A DNA stretch of 32,000 nt, from NCBI GenBank assembly GCA_963726885.1, contig CAVSDS010000007.1:9946-41945 (forward strand). The letters run 5' to 3'. This document shows, piece by piece, positions 20,406 through 27,248 of this stretch. The first letter of the stretch is position 1; the number at the start of each line of letters is the position of its first letter. Under the pieces are notes generated by a model. It saw only the letters and a list, made by a program, of their open reading frames with translations, was not told where the DNA came from and searched no databases. The position numbers and the translations under genes were made by a program. This DNA comes from an uncultured Actinomycetota bacterium (GTDB lineage Bacteria; Actinomycetota; Actinomycetes; Propionibacteriales; Nocardioidaceae).

Positions 20406-21331
20406 GCCACCTCGGGAGTCAGGACGGCGACGGAGATCGTGTCGCCCTCGGTGAGCAGCGGGAGCGGGTCGAGGTGAAGCTCGGGCACGTCGATGCAGCT
20501 GCCGGCCTTGCGGACGTCGTAGTGCACCTGGCAGCTGGGGCACCTGAGCAGGGCGTCACCGGTGGCGCCGCCGAGGCGTCGGGCGAGCACGGATCCGGCC
20601 AGGCTGGACTCGCACCTCGCGCAGCGGTCGACGTAGGCGAAGATGTCCGAGCCGATCCGGCAGGCCAGCACGCTGGTGTCGCCGACGCGAGTGGTGAGGA
20701 CCTCCCCTGCCCCGAGGCCGGCAAGCTCGGCGACCGGGTGCCAGGCCCCGCTGGGCGCGTCCTCGTGCAGGCGCGACATCAGTGAGCCCACCGGGATGAG
20801 AGCCGGACCGGCCGGTGCCGACTCCGACGGTGTCTCGACCTCGATGGACACCACCTCCGGTGCGGCCGCCTCGATCGCACCCTCGACGGCGAGCTTCAAC
20901 GTCACCGAGGACGACGGGCAGCCGTCGCAGCTGCCGAGCAGCCGGAGGCGCACGGTGCCGTCGTCGGTCACCGCGAGCAGCTCGACGTCGCCGCCGTGCG
21001 AGCCCAGGTAGGGCCGCACGCTCTCCAATCCATCCTCGACCCGCTGCTCGACGCTGTACGGGTGGAGCCCGTGCACCAGCAACAAGCCGGAGACGAGCTC
21101 ATCAGAAGCAAGCTCGCGCAGGAGGTCGTCGTCGAGGTGGCCGGACTCGTGCAAGATCTCCATCGCCCGTTCAAGTCCCGACCCATACAGGTCGGTCACC
21201 AGCCTGACCAGCTCCTCAGCACGTTCACGGGCGACCACACCGCCAGTGGCACTCGCCGTCAGGAGCGCATCGATGCGTTCGCCAGTCGCACCCAGGTCTG
21301 ACGTCTGATCAGGTGACTCCTCGTGCGCCAT
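20402..21331 (-). CDS. hhyE: NifU-C-terminal-domain / Rieske-like-domain iron-sulfur protein (HhyE-like)
   Basis: 309 aa. It has a NifU-type segment (VRPYLGSHGGDVELL...GSCDGCPSSSVTL). The C-terminal beta-rich domain carries C237-x2-C240-x23-C264-x2-C267-x2-H270. The gene lies immediately downstream of hhyL, the position of HhyE in mycobacterial Hhy loci. Confidence 0.7.
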   Translation of the reverse strand: MAHEESPDQTSDLGATGERIDALLTASATGGVVARERAEELVRLVTDLYGSGLERAMEILHESGHLDDDLLRELASDELVSGLLLVHGLHPYSVEQRVEDGLESVRPYLGSHGGDVELLAVTDDGTVRLRLLGSCDGCPSSSVTLKLAVEGAIEAAAPEVVSIEVETPSESAPAGPALIPVGSLMSRLHEDAPSGAWHPVAELAGLGAGEVLTTRVGDTSVLACRIGSDIFAYVDRCARCESSLAGSVLARRLGGATGDALLRCPSCQVHYDVRKAGSCIDVPELHLDPLPLLTEGDTISVAVLTPEVA

Positions 21332-21339
21332 GTCGGCGC

Positions 21340-23139
21340 CTACTCGATGCCGGCGGACTGCGTGGGCGAGTGCAGCTTCTCCAACGTCACGCCGTCACCG
21401 AGGTACATGTGGACGCCGCAGGGCAGGCAGGGATCGAAGCTGCGAACGGTGCGCATGATGTCGATGCCCTTGAAGTGCTCTCGATCGTTCTTCTCGAAGA
21501 TCGGCTGCCCCTGCACCGCGTCCTCGTACGGACCCGGCGTGCCGTAGGAGTCGCGCGGATTCGCGTTCCACGGGGTCGGCGGGTACGGGTGGTAGTTCGC
21601 GATCTTGCCGTCCCGGATGACCATGTGGTGGCTGAGCACCCCACGCACCGCCTCGGTGAAGCCACAGCCGATGCCTTCGTCCGGCACCACGAACTTCTCC
21701 CAGGTCTTGGTGCGACCGGCGCGGATCTCGACCAGCGCCTGCTCGGCAAAGTGGAGCGCGCAGGCTGCCGCGTACGCCTGGAAGTAGGTCCGGGCGCGGT
21801 TGCGCTCGATCGTGTTGCTCCAGCGCGGGATCTTCCACTCGAGCTCGACCGGGCCCTTGAGCGCCGTCTTCGGCAGGTTGATCTTGACGCTCGAGCCGGT
21901 GGACTGCACGTAGCCGATGTCGACGAGTCCGGCCAGCGCGGTCGACCAGAGTCGGGCGAGCGGCCCGCCACCGGTGTCGAGGGCCAGGTAGTCCTTGCCG
22001 TCGAACCAGCGTGGCGACATGACCCAGGAGTACTTGCCACCGTCGAGGTCGCGCTTCTGCGGCTTCGGGTTCGTGTGCTGGTTCCATGGGTGGCGCCGAT
22101 CGACCGGGTTGCCGAGCGGATCGTTCTTGACGAACGTCTCCTGGTCCTCCCAGTCGTCGTAGTACGACGAGCCGAGCAGGATCCGGATGCCGAGGTTGAT
22201 CTCGACGAGATCGGTGGTGACCAGCTTGCCGTCGACCACGATGCCGGGTGTCACGTACATCTTGCGGCCCCAGTTGGTCATGTCCTTGTAGTCGAAGTTG
22301 CAGTGCTCCGGATCCTGGAAGGAGCCCCAGCACGCCAGCAGGATGCGGCGGTTGCCGACCTCCTCATAACCGGGAAGCGCCTCGTAGAAGAAGTCGAACA
22401 GGTCGTCGTGCATGGGCACGACCTTCTTCATGAACTCCACGTACCGCATCAGCCGCGTCATGTAATCGGTCATCAGCTGGATCGTCGCGACCGTGCCGAC
22501 ACCGCCCGGGTAGAGCGTCGACGGGTGGACGTGACGTCCCTCCATCAGGCAGAACATCTCGCGGGTCCAGCGGCTCACCTGGAGCGCCTCGCGGTAGAAC
22601 TCCCCCGTGAACGGGTTCAGCGACCGCATGATGTCGCCGATGGTCTTGTACCCGTGGTCCCCGGCCTGGGGAGCCTCGGTGCGGTTCGCCAGCTCCAGCA
22701 CCTCGGGGTTCGTCTCCTGCACCATCTTCTCGCAGTAGTCGACCCCCACCAGGTTCTCCTGGAAGATGTTGTGGTCGAACATGTACTCCGCGGCCTCGCC
22801 GAGGTTGACGATCCACTCACCCAGGTGTGGCGGCTTCACCCCGTAGGCCATGTTCTGCGTGTAGCACGAACAGGTCGCGTGGTTGTCGCCGCAGATGCCG
22901 CAGATGCGGCTGGTGATGAAGTGGGCGTCGCGCGGGTCCTTGCCCTTCATGAAGATCGAGTAGCCGCGGAAGATCGAGCTGGTGCTGTGGCACTCGGCGA
23001 CCGTGTTGTTCTCGAAGTCGATCTTCGTGTAGATGCCCAGACTGCCGACGATGCGCGTGATCGGGTCCCACGCCATGTCCACCAGGCCGGTGTTCTTGTC
23101 TTCGCCGTAGCTCGTCGGGCTCGGAATCGTCGACGTCAT
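21340..23139 (-). CDS. hhyL: [NiFe]-hydrogenase large subunit, group 1h (Hhy / actinobacterial type)
   Basis: 599 aa. The L1 motif is TSRICGICGDNH and the L2 motif is SFDPCLPCGVH. A 22-aa extension follows L2 (MYLGDGVTLEKLHSPTQSAGIE), which is the expected substrate of the endopeptidase. Confidence 0.95.
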   Translation of the reverse strand: MTSTIPSPTSYGEDKNTGLVDMAWDPITRIVGSLGIYTKIDFENNTVAECHSTSSIFRGYSIFMKGKDPRDAHFITSRICGICGDNHATCSCYTQNMAYGVKPPHLGEWIVNLGEAAEYMFDHNIFQENLVGVDYCEKMVQETNPEVLELANRTEAPQAGDHGYKTIGDIMRSLNPFTGEFYREALQVSRWTREMFCLMEGRHVHPSTLYPGGVGTVATIQLMTDYMTRLMRYVEFMKKVVPMHDDLFDFFYEALPGYEEVGNRRILLACWGSFQDPEHCNFDYKDMTNWGRKMYVTPGIVVDGKLVTTDLVEINLGIRILLGSSYYDDWEDQETFVKNDPLGNPVDRRHPWNQHTNPKPQKRDLDGGKYSWVMSPRWFDGKDYLALDTGGGPLARLWSTALAGLVDIGYVQSTGSSVKINLPKTALKGPVELEWKIPRWSNTIERNRARTYFQAYAAACALHFAEQALVEIRAGRTKTWEKFVVPDEGIGCGFTEAVRGVLSHHMVIRDGKIANYHPYPPTPWNANPRDSYGTPGPYEDAVQGQPIFEKNDREHFKGIDIMRTVRSFDPCLPCGVHMYLGDGVTLEKLHSPTQSAGIE

Positions 23140-23167
23140 GACGCCGCCTTTCTGTGGAGTTGGAGAA

Positions 23168-24223
23168 CTACCAGGTCCGGGTCGCGCCAGTGGTCAGGGA
23201 CTTTCCGGGTTTCCGCCACTTCGGTTCCTTGTCGACGGTGCGCGTGGTGATGCTGCGCAGCGTGCGCATGGTCGCGCCGTACGGGACAACAGCCGCGGTG
23301 GAGAGCTTGCCGCCGGGCGGCTCGTCCATGAACGGCATGAACTTGTCCGGGAAGCCGGGCATGGTGCAGCCGATACAGATGCCGCCGACGTTGGGACAAC
23401 CGCCGATGCCGTTCATCCATCCGCGCTTCGGGACGTTGCACTTCACGACCGGTCCCCAGCAGCCGAGCTTGACGATGCACTTCGGCGACCCGTACTCGGT
23501 CGCGAAGTCACCCTGCTCGTAGTAGCCCGCGCGGTCGCAGCCCTCGTGCACGGTGCGGCCGAACAGCCAGGTGGGACGCAGCGCCTCGTCCAGCGGGATC
23601 ATCGGCGCCTGGCCCGTGGCCATGTAGAGCAGATAGGTGAGGGTCTCCGACAGGTTGTCGGGCTGGATCGGGCACCCCGGCACGCACACGATCGGAATGT
23701 CGGCCTTCGACTTCCAGTCCCAGCCGAGATAGTCGGGCACTCCCATCGCGCCGGTCGGGTTGCCGGCCATGGCATGGATGCCGCCGTAGGTCGCGCACGT
23801 GCCGACGGCGACGACCGCCGTGGCCTTGGGCGCGAGACGGTCGAGCCACTCGCTGGTCGTCATCGGCTGACCTGTGGCGGGGTCGTTGCCGAAGCCGCAC
23901 CAGTAGCCCTCGTCGTGCAGCTGCTCGTTCGGGATGGAGCCCTCGACCACCAGCACGAACGGCTCGAGCTCGCCGCGGTCGGCCTTGAAGAACCACTCGA
24001 GGAAGTCGTCGGCTCCGCCGTTGGGACCGCACTCGAAGTCGATCAACGGCCAGTGGACGGCCACCTGCGGGAGCCCGGGCAGAGCGCCCAGGGCGATCTC
24101 CTCGACGCTCGGCTGGGTGGCGGCGGTCAACGCCACGGAGTCGCCGTCGCAACTCAGCCCGGCATTGATCCAGAGAACATGGATGAGAGTTTCCTCGGCC
24201 TTGATCGCCTCAGCTGTCGGCAT
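23168..24223 (-). CDS. hhyS: [NiFe]-hydrogenase small subunit, group 1h, no Tat signal
   Basis: 351 aa. The N-terminus MPTAEAIKAEETLIHVLWINAGLSCDGDS lacks an RRxFxK signal. The first cluster motif is C-D-G-D rather than CxxC, which fits the Asp-ligated proximal cluster described for the Ralstonia actinobacterial-type enzyme. Further motifs are GTCATYGG, PGCP and a distal Cys cluster (GCPNVGGICIGC). Confidence 0.95.
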   Translation of the reverse strand: MPTAEAIKAEETLIHVLWINAGLSCDGDSVALTAATQPSVEEIALGALPGLPQVAVHWPLIDFECGPNGGADDFLEWFFKADRGELEPFVLVVEGSIPNEQLHDEGYWCGFGNDPATGQPMTTSEWLDRLAPKATAVVAVGTCATYGGIHAMAGNPTGAMGVPDYLGWDWKSKADIPIVCVPGCPIQPDNLSETLTYLLYMATGQAPMIPLDEALRPTWLFGRTVHEGCDRAGYYEQGDFATEYGSPKCIVKLGCWGPVVKCNVPKRGWMNGIGGCPNVGGICIGCTMPGFPDKFMPFMDEPPGGKLSTAAVVPYGATMRTLRSITTRTVDKEPKWRKPGKSLTTGATRTW

Positions 24224-24224
24224 G

Positions 24225-24252
24225 CCAGACCCGCTTTCCGGGCGGGGTCTGG
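24225..24252 (-). promoter_or_regulatory. GC-rich stem-loop abutting the hhyS start codon
   Basis: The mRNA sense reads CCAGACCCCGC-ccggaaa-GCGGGTCTGG, then c, then AUG. This forms about 10 bp with one bulge. The only purine-rich SD-like stretch (GGAAAGCGGG) is inside the hairpin. No U-tract follows, so it is not a classic terminator. Confidence 0.35.
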
Positions 24253-24360
24253 GCCCTCACTCCACTGCTGGGGCCGACTTCCGGTCCGCACACGCAGCGT
24301 CAGTCCCATTAGAAGACGGGCGGGTGCGGCTGTCAACAGACAAATGAGAGCCACGTCACA

Positions 24361-25185
24361 CTAGAGCTCGCCGAGCCAGCGGTACCAGGCATCGAGGCCG
24401 TCCCCGGTACGCGCCGAAATCGGCACCCATTCCAACGAAGAGTTGAGACTGCGTGCGTCCTTCTCGCACCGGTCGACGTCGAAGTCGACGTACGGGAGAA
24501 GATCGGTCTTGTTGACGACCACGAGGTCGGCTGCCGCGAACATGTGCGGGTACTTGAGCGGCTTGTCGTCGCCCTCGGTGACCGAGATGATGACGACCTT
24601 CTTCGTCTCGCCGAGGTCGAACAGTGCCGGGCACACGAGGTTGCCGACGTTCTCCAGCACCACGAGGTCGCCGTCGTCGGGCTCGAGGGTGTCGAGCCCG
24701 CGACGCACCATCATGGCGTCGAGGTGGCAGCCGGAGCCGGTGTTGATCTGCACGGCTCTCGCGCCGACGGCACGGATGCGCTCGGCGTCGTACACGGTCT
24801 CCTGGTCACCCTCGACGACGGCGATGGGGCGGCCGGCGCCCTGCTCCTTGATCGTCCGCTCGAGCAGCGTCGTCTTGCCCGCGCCGGGCGAGCTCATGAG
24901 GTTGACCGCCGCGATCCCCCGCCCGGCCAACCACGCACGGTTGGCCTCGGCCAGCTCGTCGTTCTTCGCCAGGACCGCGGTCTCCAGATCGATCGTGTGG
25001 GTGTGCGGCGCGCCATGGTCGTGGCCGTGGTCATGGTCGTGCACCTGGTCGTGACTGTGCTCGTGGTCGTGGTCGTGCTCTGCACCATGGGCATGGACGG
25101 TGCCGTCCTCGTGGACGTGCAGGAACGCCCCGGTCTCGCCGTCCACTCGCACGTCGGCCTCACCGCATCCGCAGGTTGCACACAT
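24361..25185 (-). CDS. hypB: hydrogenase nickel-insertion GTPase HypB with His-rich tract
   Basis: The true start is the ATG at 25185, giving MCATCGCGE (the CxxCGC motif), 1 nt after the hypA stop. There are 16 His in residues 23-63 (HAHGAEHDHDHEHSHDQVHDHDHGHDHGAPHTH). The P-loop is SSPGAGKTTL, followed by ENVGNLVCP and NKTD. The track start at 25260 is an artefactual extension. Confidence 0.92.
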   Translation of the reverse strand: MCATCGCGEADVRVDGETGAFLHVHEDGTVHAHGAEHDHDHEHSHDQVHDHDHGHDHGAPHTHTIDLETAVLAKNDELAEANRAWLAGRGIAAVNLMSSPGAGKTTLLERTIKEQGAGRPIAVVEGDQETVYDAERIRAVGARAVQINTGSGCHLDAMMVRRGLDTLEPDDGDLVVLENVGNLVCPALFDLGETKKVVIISVTEGDDKPLKYPHMFAAADLVVVNKTDLLPYVDFDVDRCEKDARSLNSSLEWVPISARTGDGLDAWYRWLGEL

Positions 25186-25186
25186 C

Positions 25187-25516
25187 TCAGACCACCTCCA
25201 CGGAGGTGACTGCGAGCTCTCGCCCGGCCACCACCTCGACATCGGCACTTCCACATTCACAGAGAAGGATCAGGTCGTCCTTCTCGAACTCACGGTCGCA
25301 GCTGCGGCAGTGCGCCCGGCCCGACGGCTCGACGATCTCCAGCGTCGCACCCTCCAGCGGGGTGCCGGCGGTGGCCAGCTCGAAGCAGAACTCCAGGGCA
25401 GCGGGAACGACGCCCGACAACCGCCCGACCGCAAGCCGTACGGTCGTCACCCGCCGCTCTTCCGTTCGTTCGAGAATCGCCTCGACGACGGACTCGGCGA
25501 TGGCCAGCTCATGCAT
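25187..25516 (-). CDS. hypA: hydrogenase nickel-incorporation protein HypA
   Basis: The start is at 25516, giving the invariant MHE N-terminus (MHELAIAESVV), with GAGGTGG upstream. The zinc motifs are C-x2-C (CRSC) and C-x-C (CEC). The product is 109 aa. Confidence 0.9.
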   Translation of the reverse strand: MHELAIAESVVEAILERTEERRVTTVRLAVGRLSGVVPAALEFCFELATAGTPLEGATLEIVEPSGRAHCRSCDREFEKDDLILLCECGSADVEVVAGRELAVTSVEVV

Positions 25517-25538
25517 GGCACCACCTCGCTGTCTTTTC

Positions 25539-25568
25539 ACCATAGGTCGGCCCTCGTCGGAGTGGCAA
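25539..25568 (-). promoter_or_regulatory. candidate hypA promoter (TTGCCA-N18-TATGGT)
   Basis: The minus strand reads cTTGCCActccgacgagggccgaccTATGGTgaaaagacagcGAGGTGGtgccATG. The -10 fits TAnnnT, and the SD follows in the short leader. Confidence 0.35.
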
Positions 25569-25584
25569 GGACGACAATGGTGCG

Positions 25585-26049
25585 ATGACGACCGCGAGCA
25601 CCGACGCCGCCCTCGCGATTCTGCGCTCCCACGGAGAGCGAGTGACGGCCGCTCGACGTGCCGTGATCGAGGCCCTGCAGCCGCACGACCACCTCACCGC
25701 AGACGAGATCGCGGCCCGCGCCGAGGCGGCCGCACCGGGCGTCCACCGCACCACGGTGTACCGGGCGCTGGCCACCCTGGGCGAGGTCGGACTGATCGCC
25801 CACACCCATGTGGCGGGCTCCGCCACGATCTACCACCTGACCGCCGACAGCGATGCCGACGACCACCACGCGCTCGACCACGCGCACGTGCAGTGCACCG
25901 AGTGCGGGTCGCTCTTCAACGTCGAGGACCGGCTGCTCACATCGCTCGCCGACGACCTCGAGCGGGAGATCGGATTCCGGCTCGACGTCCACCACGCCGC
26001 ACTGCTGGGCATCTGTGCACAGTGCAGAAAATCCGCGGCGTCCGACTGA
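25585..26049 (+). CDS. Fur-family metalloregulator (Nur-like candidate)
   Basis: 154 aa. It has a winged-helix N-terminus (RVTAARRAVIEAL...HLTADEI...VHRTTVYRAL) and a His cluster (HTHV...DHHALDHAHVQC). There are two CxxC pairs (CTEC and CAQC). The gene is divergent from hypA and directly upstream of a nickel permease. Confidence 0.8.
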   Translation: MTTASTDAALAILRSHGERVTAARRAVIEALQPHDHLTADEIAARAEAAAPGVHRTTVYRALATLGEVGLIAHTHVAGSATIYHLTADSDADDHHALDHAHVQCTECGSLFNVEDRLLTSLADDLEREIGFRLDVHHAALLGICAQCRKSAASD

Positions 26050-26076
26050 AAATCGACCCTCGGTCATCCACTGCTC

Positions 26077-26093
26077 TTGCAACACTGTTGCAT
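26077..26093. promoter_or_regulatory. Nur-box-like palindrome TTGCAA-N5-TTGCAT
   Basis: The sequence is cTTGCAAcactgTTGCATc, 57 nt upstream of the permease ATG. It matches 11 of 12 positions of the tTGCaa-N5-ttGCAA operator reported for Streptomyces Nur (from memory). A CATGGT -10-like hexamer lies 18 nt after the first TTGCAA, so the site would overlap the -35 region. Confidence 0.5.
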
Positions 26094-26149
26094 CTGGGGG
26101 CATGGTGAGATCTCCGGCGTGATGCCGGGACGGGCAAGGAGGGCTCGCC

Positions 26150-27244
26150 ATGTCGGTGCGACTCACCGGTCGGATCAGCCGGCCGGAAGCCCGGTCGATG
26201 GTCGGCATGACCGCCGTCATCGTGGCGTTGCATGTCGTCGGCTGGGGCGCTCTCCTCATCGCCGCCAGCCAGGACCTCCGGCTCGGCAGCGCCGGAGTCT
26301 TCGGCATCGGCCTGGGCGTCACGGCCTACACCCTCGGCATGCGCCATGCCTTCGACGCCGACCACATCGCCGCCATCGACAACGTCACTCGCAAGCTGCT
26401 GGCCGACCGTCAGGACCGAGGCCGGCCTCTGTCGGTCGGGTTCTGGTTCTCACTCGGGCACTCGAGCGTCGTGTTCGGCCTGTGCCTGCTGCTGGCCCTC
26501 GGCGTGCGGTCGTTGGGCGGCCAGGTCGAGGACGATTCGTCCGCCCTGCAGCAGACGACCGGCCTGATCGGGATCAGTGTGTCGTCGATCTTCCTGATCC
26601 TCATCGGCGTGCTCAACGCGACGGTGCTCGTCGGCATCCTGAAGGTCTTCCGCGAGATGCGCACCGGGCACTACGACGAGGCCCAGCTGGAGGACCATCT
26701 GCAGAACCGCGGGCTGATGAACCGGATCCTCGGCCGCACCACCCGCGCCGTGACGAAGCCGCGGCACATGTATCCCGTCGGTCTCCTGTTCGGCCTCGGG
26801 TTCGACACCGCCACGGAGGTCTCCCTGCTGGTGCTGGCCGCCGGCGCGGCGGCGTCCCAGCTCCCCTGGTACGCGTTCCTCGCGCTGCCGATCCTCTTCG
26901 CGGCCGGCATGAGCCTGCTCGACAGCATGGACGGAGCATTCATGTCGATGGCGTACGGCTGGGCGTTCGTCCAGCCGGTGCGCAAGATCTACTACAGCAT
27001 CATCGTGACGGGGCTCTCGGTCGTCGTGGCGCTGCTCATCGGCGGCGTCCAGGTCGTCGGCCTGGTGAGCGAACGCCTCGACGTCACCGACGGCCTGGTC
27101 GGCTGGATCGCGGCACTCAGCCTGGACGACGTGGGTTACCTGATCGTGATCGTGTTCGCCGTGACGTGGGCGCTCGCGGTCGCGGTGTGGCGCTTCGGCC
27201 GCATCGAAGAACGCTGGACGGCGACCGACGGAACCATCGGCTGA
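26150..27244 (+). CDS. NiCoT-family nickel/cobalt permease (HoxN/HupN/NixA)
   Basis: 364 aa. The signature RHAFDADHIAAIDN is in TM2, and FSLGHSSVV, LGFDTATE and LLDSMDG follow. AAGGAGGG lies 7 nt upstream of the ATG. Confidence 0.9.
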   Translation: MSVRLTGRISRPEARSMVGMTAVIVALHVVGWGALLIAASQDLRLGSAGVFGIGLGVTAYTLGMRHAFDADHIAAIDNVTRKLLADRQDRGRPLSVGFWFSLGHSSVVFGLCLLLALGVRSLGGQVEDDSSALQQTTGLIGISVSSIFLILIGVLNATVLVGILKVFREMRTGHYDEAQLEDHLQNRGLMNRILGRTTRAVTKPRHMYPVGLLFGLGFDTATEVSLLVLAAGAAASQLPWYAFLALPILFAAGMSLLDSMDGAFMSMAYGWAFVQPVRKIYYSIIVTGLSVVVALLIGGVQVVGLVSERLDVTDGLVGWIAALSLDDVGYLIVIVFAVTWALAVAVWRFGRIEERWTATDGTIG

Positions 27245-27248
27245 GCGT

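Noticed and set aside
23168-24223. Tat signal peptide on the hydrogenase small subunit, which would imply a periplasmic uptake hydrogenase
   Set aside because: No RRxFxK motif or hydrophobic signal is present at the N-terminus. This fits a cytosolic group 1h enzyme.
24997-25119. GTCGTG/GTGGTC-rich near-repeat DNA in hypB as a non-coding repeat element
   Set aside because: It is simply the coding sequence of the His/Asp-rich nickel-storage tract of HypB (CAC/GAC codons on the coding strand).
25186-25260. N-terminal extensions given by the ORF track: hypB from 25260, hypA from 25543, ABC ATPase from 13373, oxidoreductase from 31585 and the Cys-rich protein from 20543
   Set aside because: The extensions overlap upstream genes and are low-complexity. 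Downstream starts give the family-invariant N-termini (MCxxCGC for HypB, MHE for HypA, a GxGxxG fold at residues 8-13). Those starts also carry SD sequences or 4-nt start/stop overlaps.
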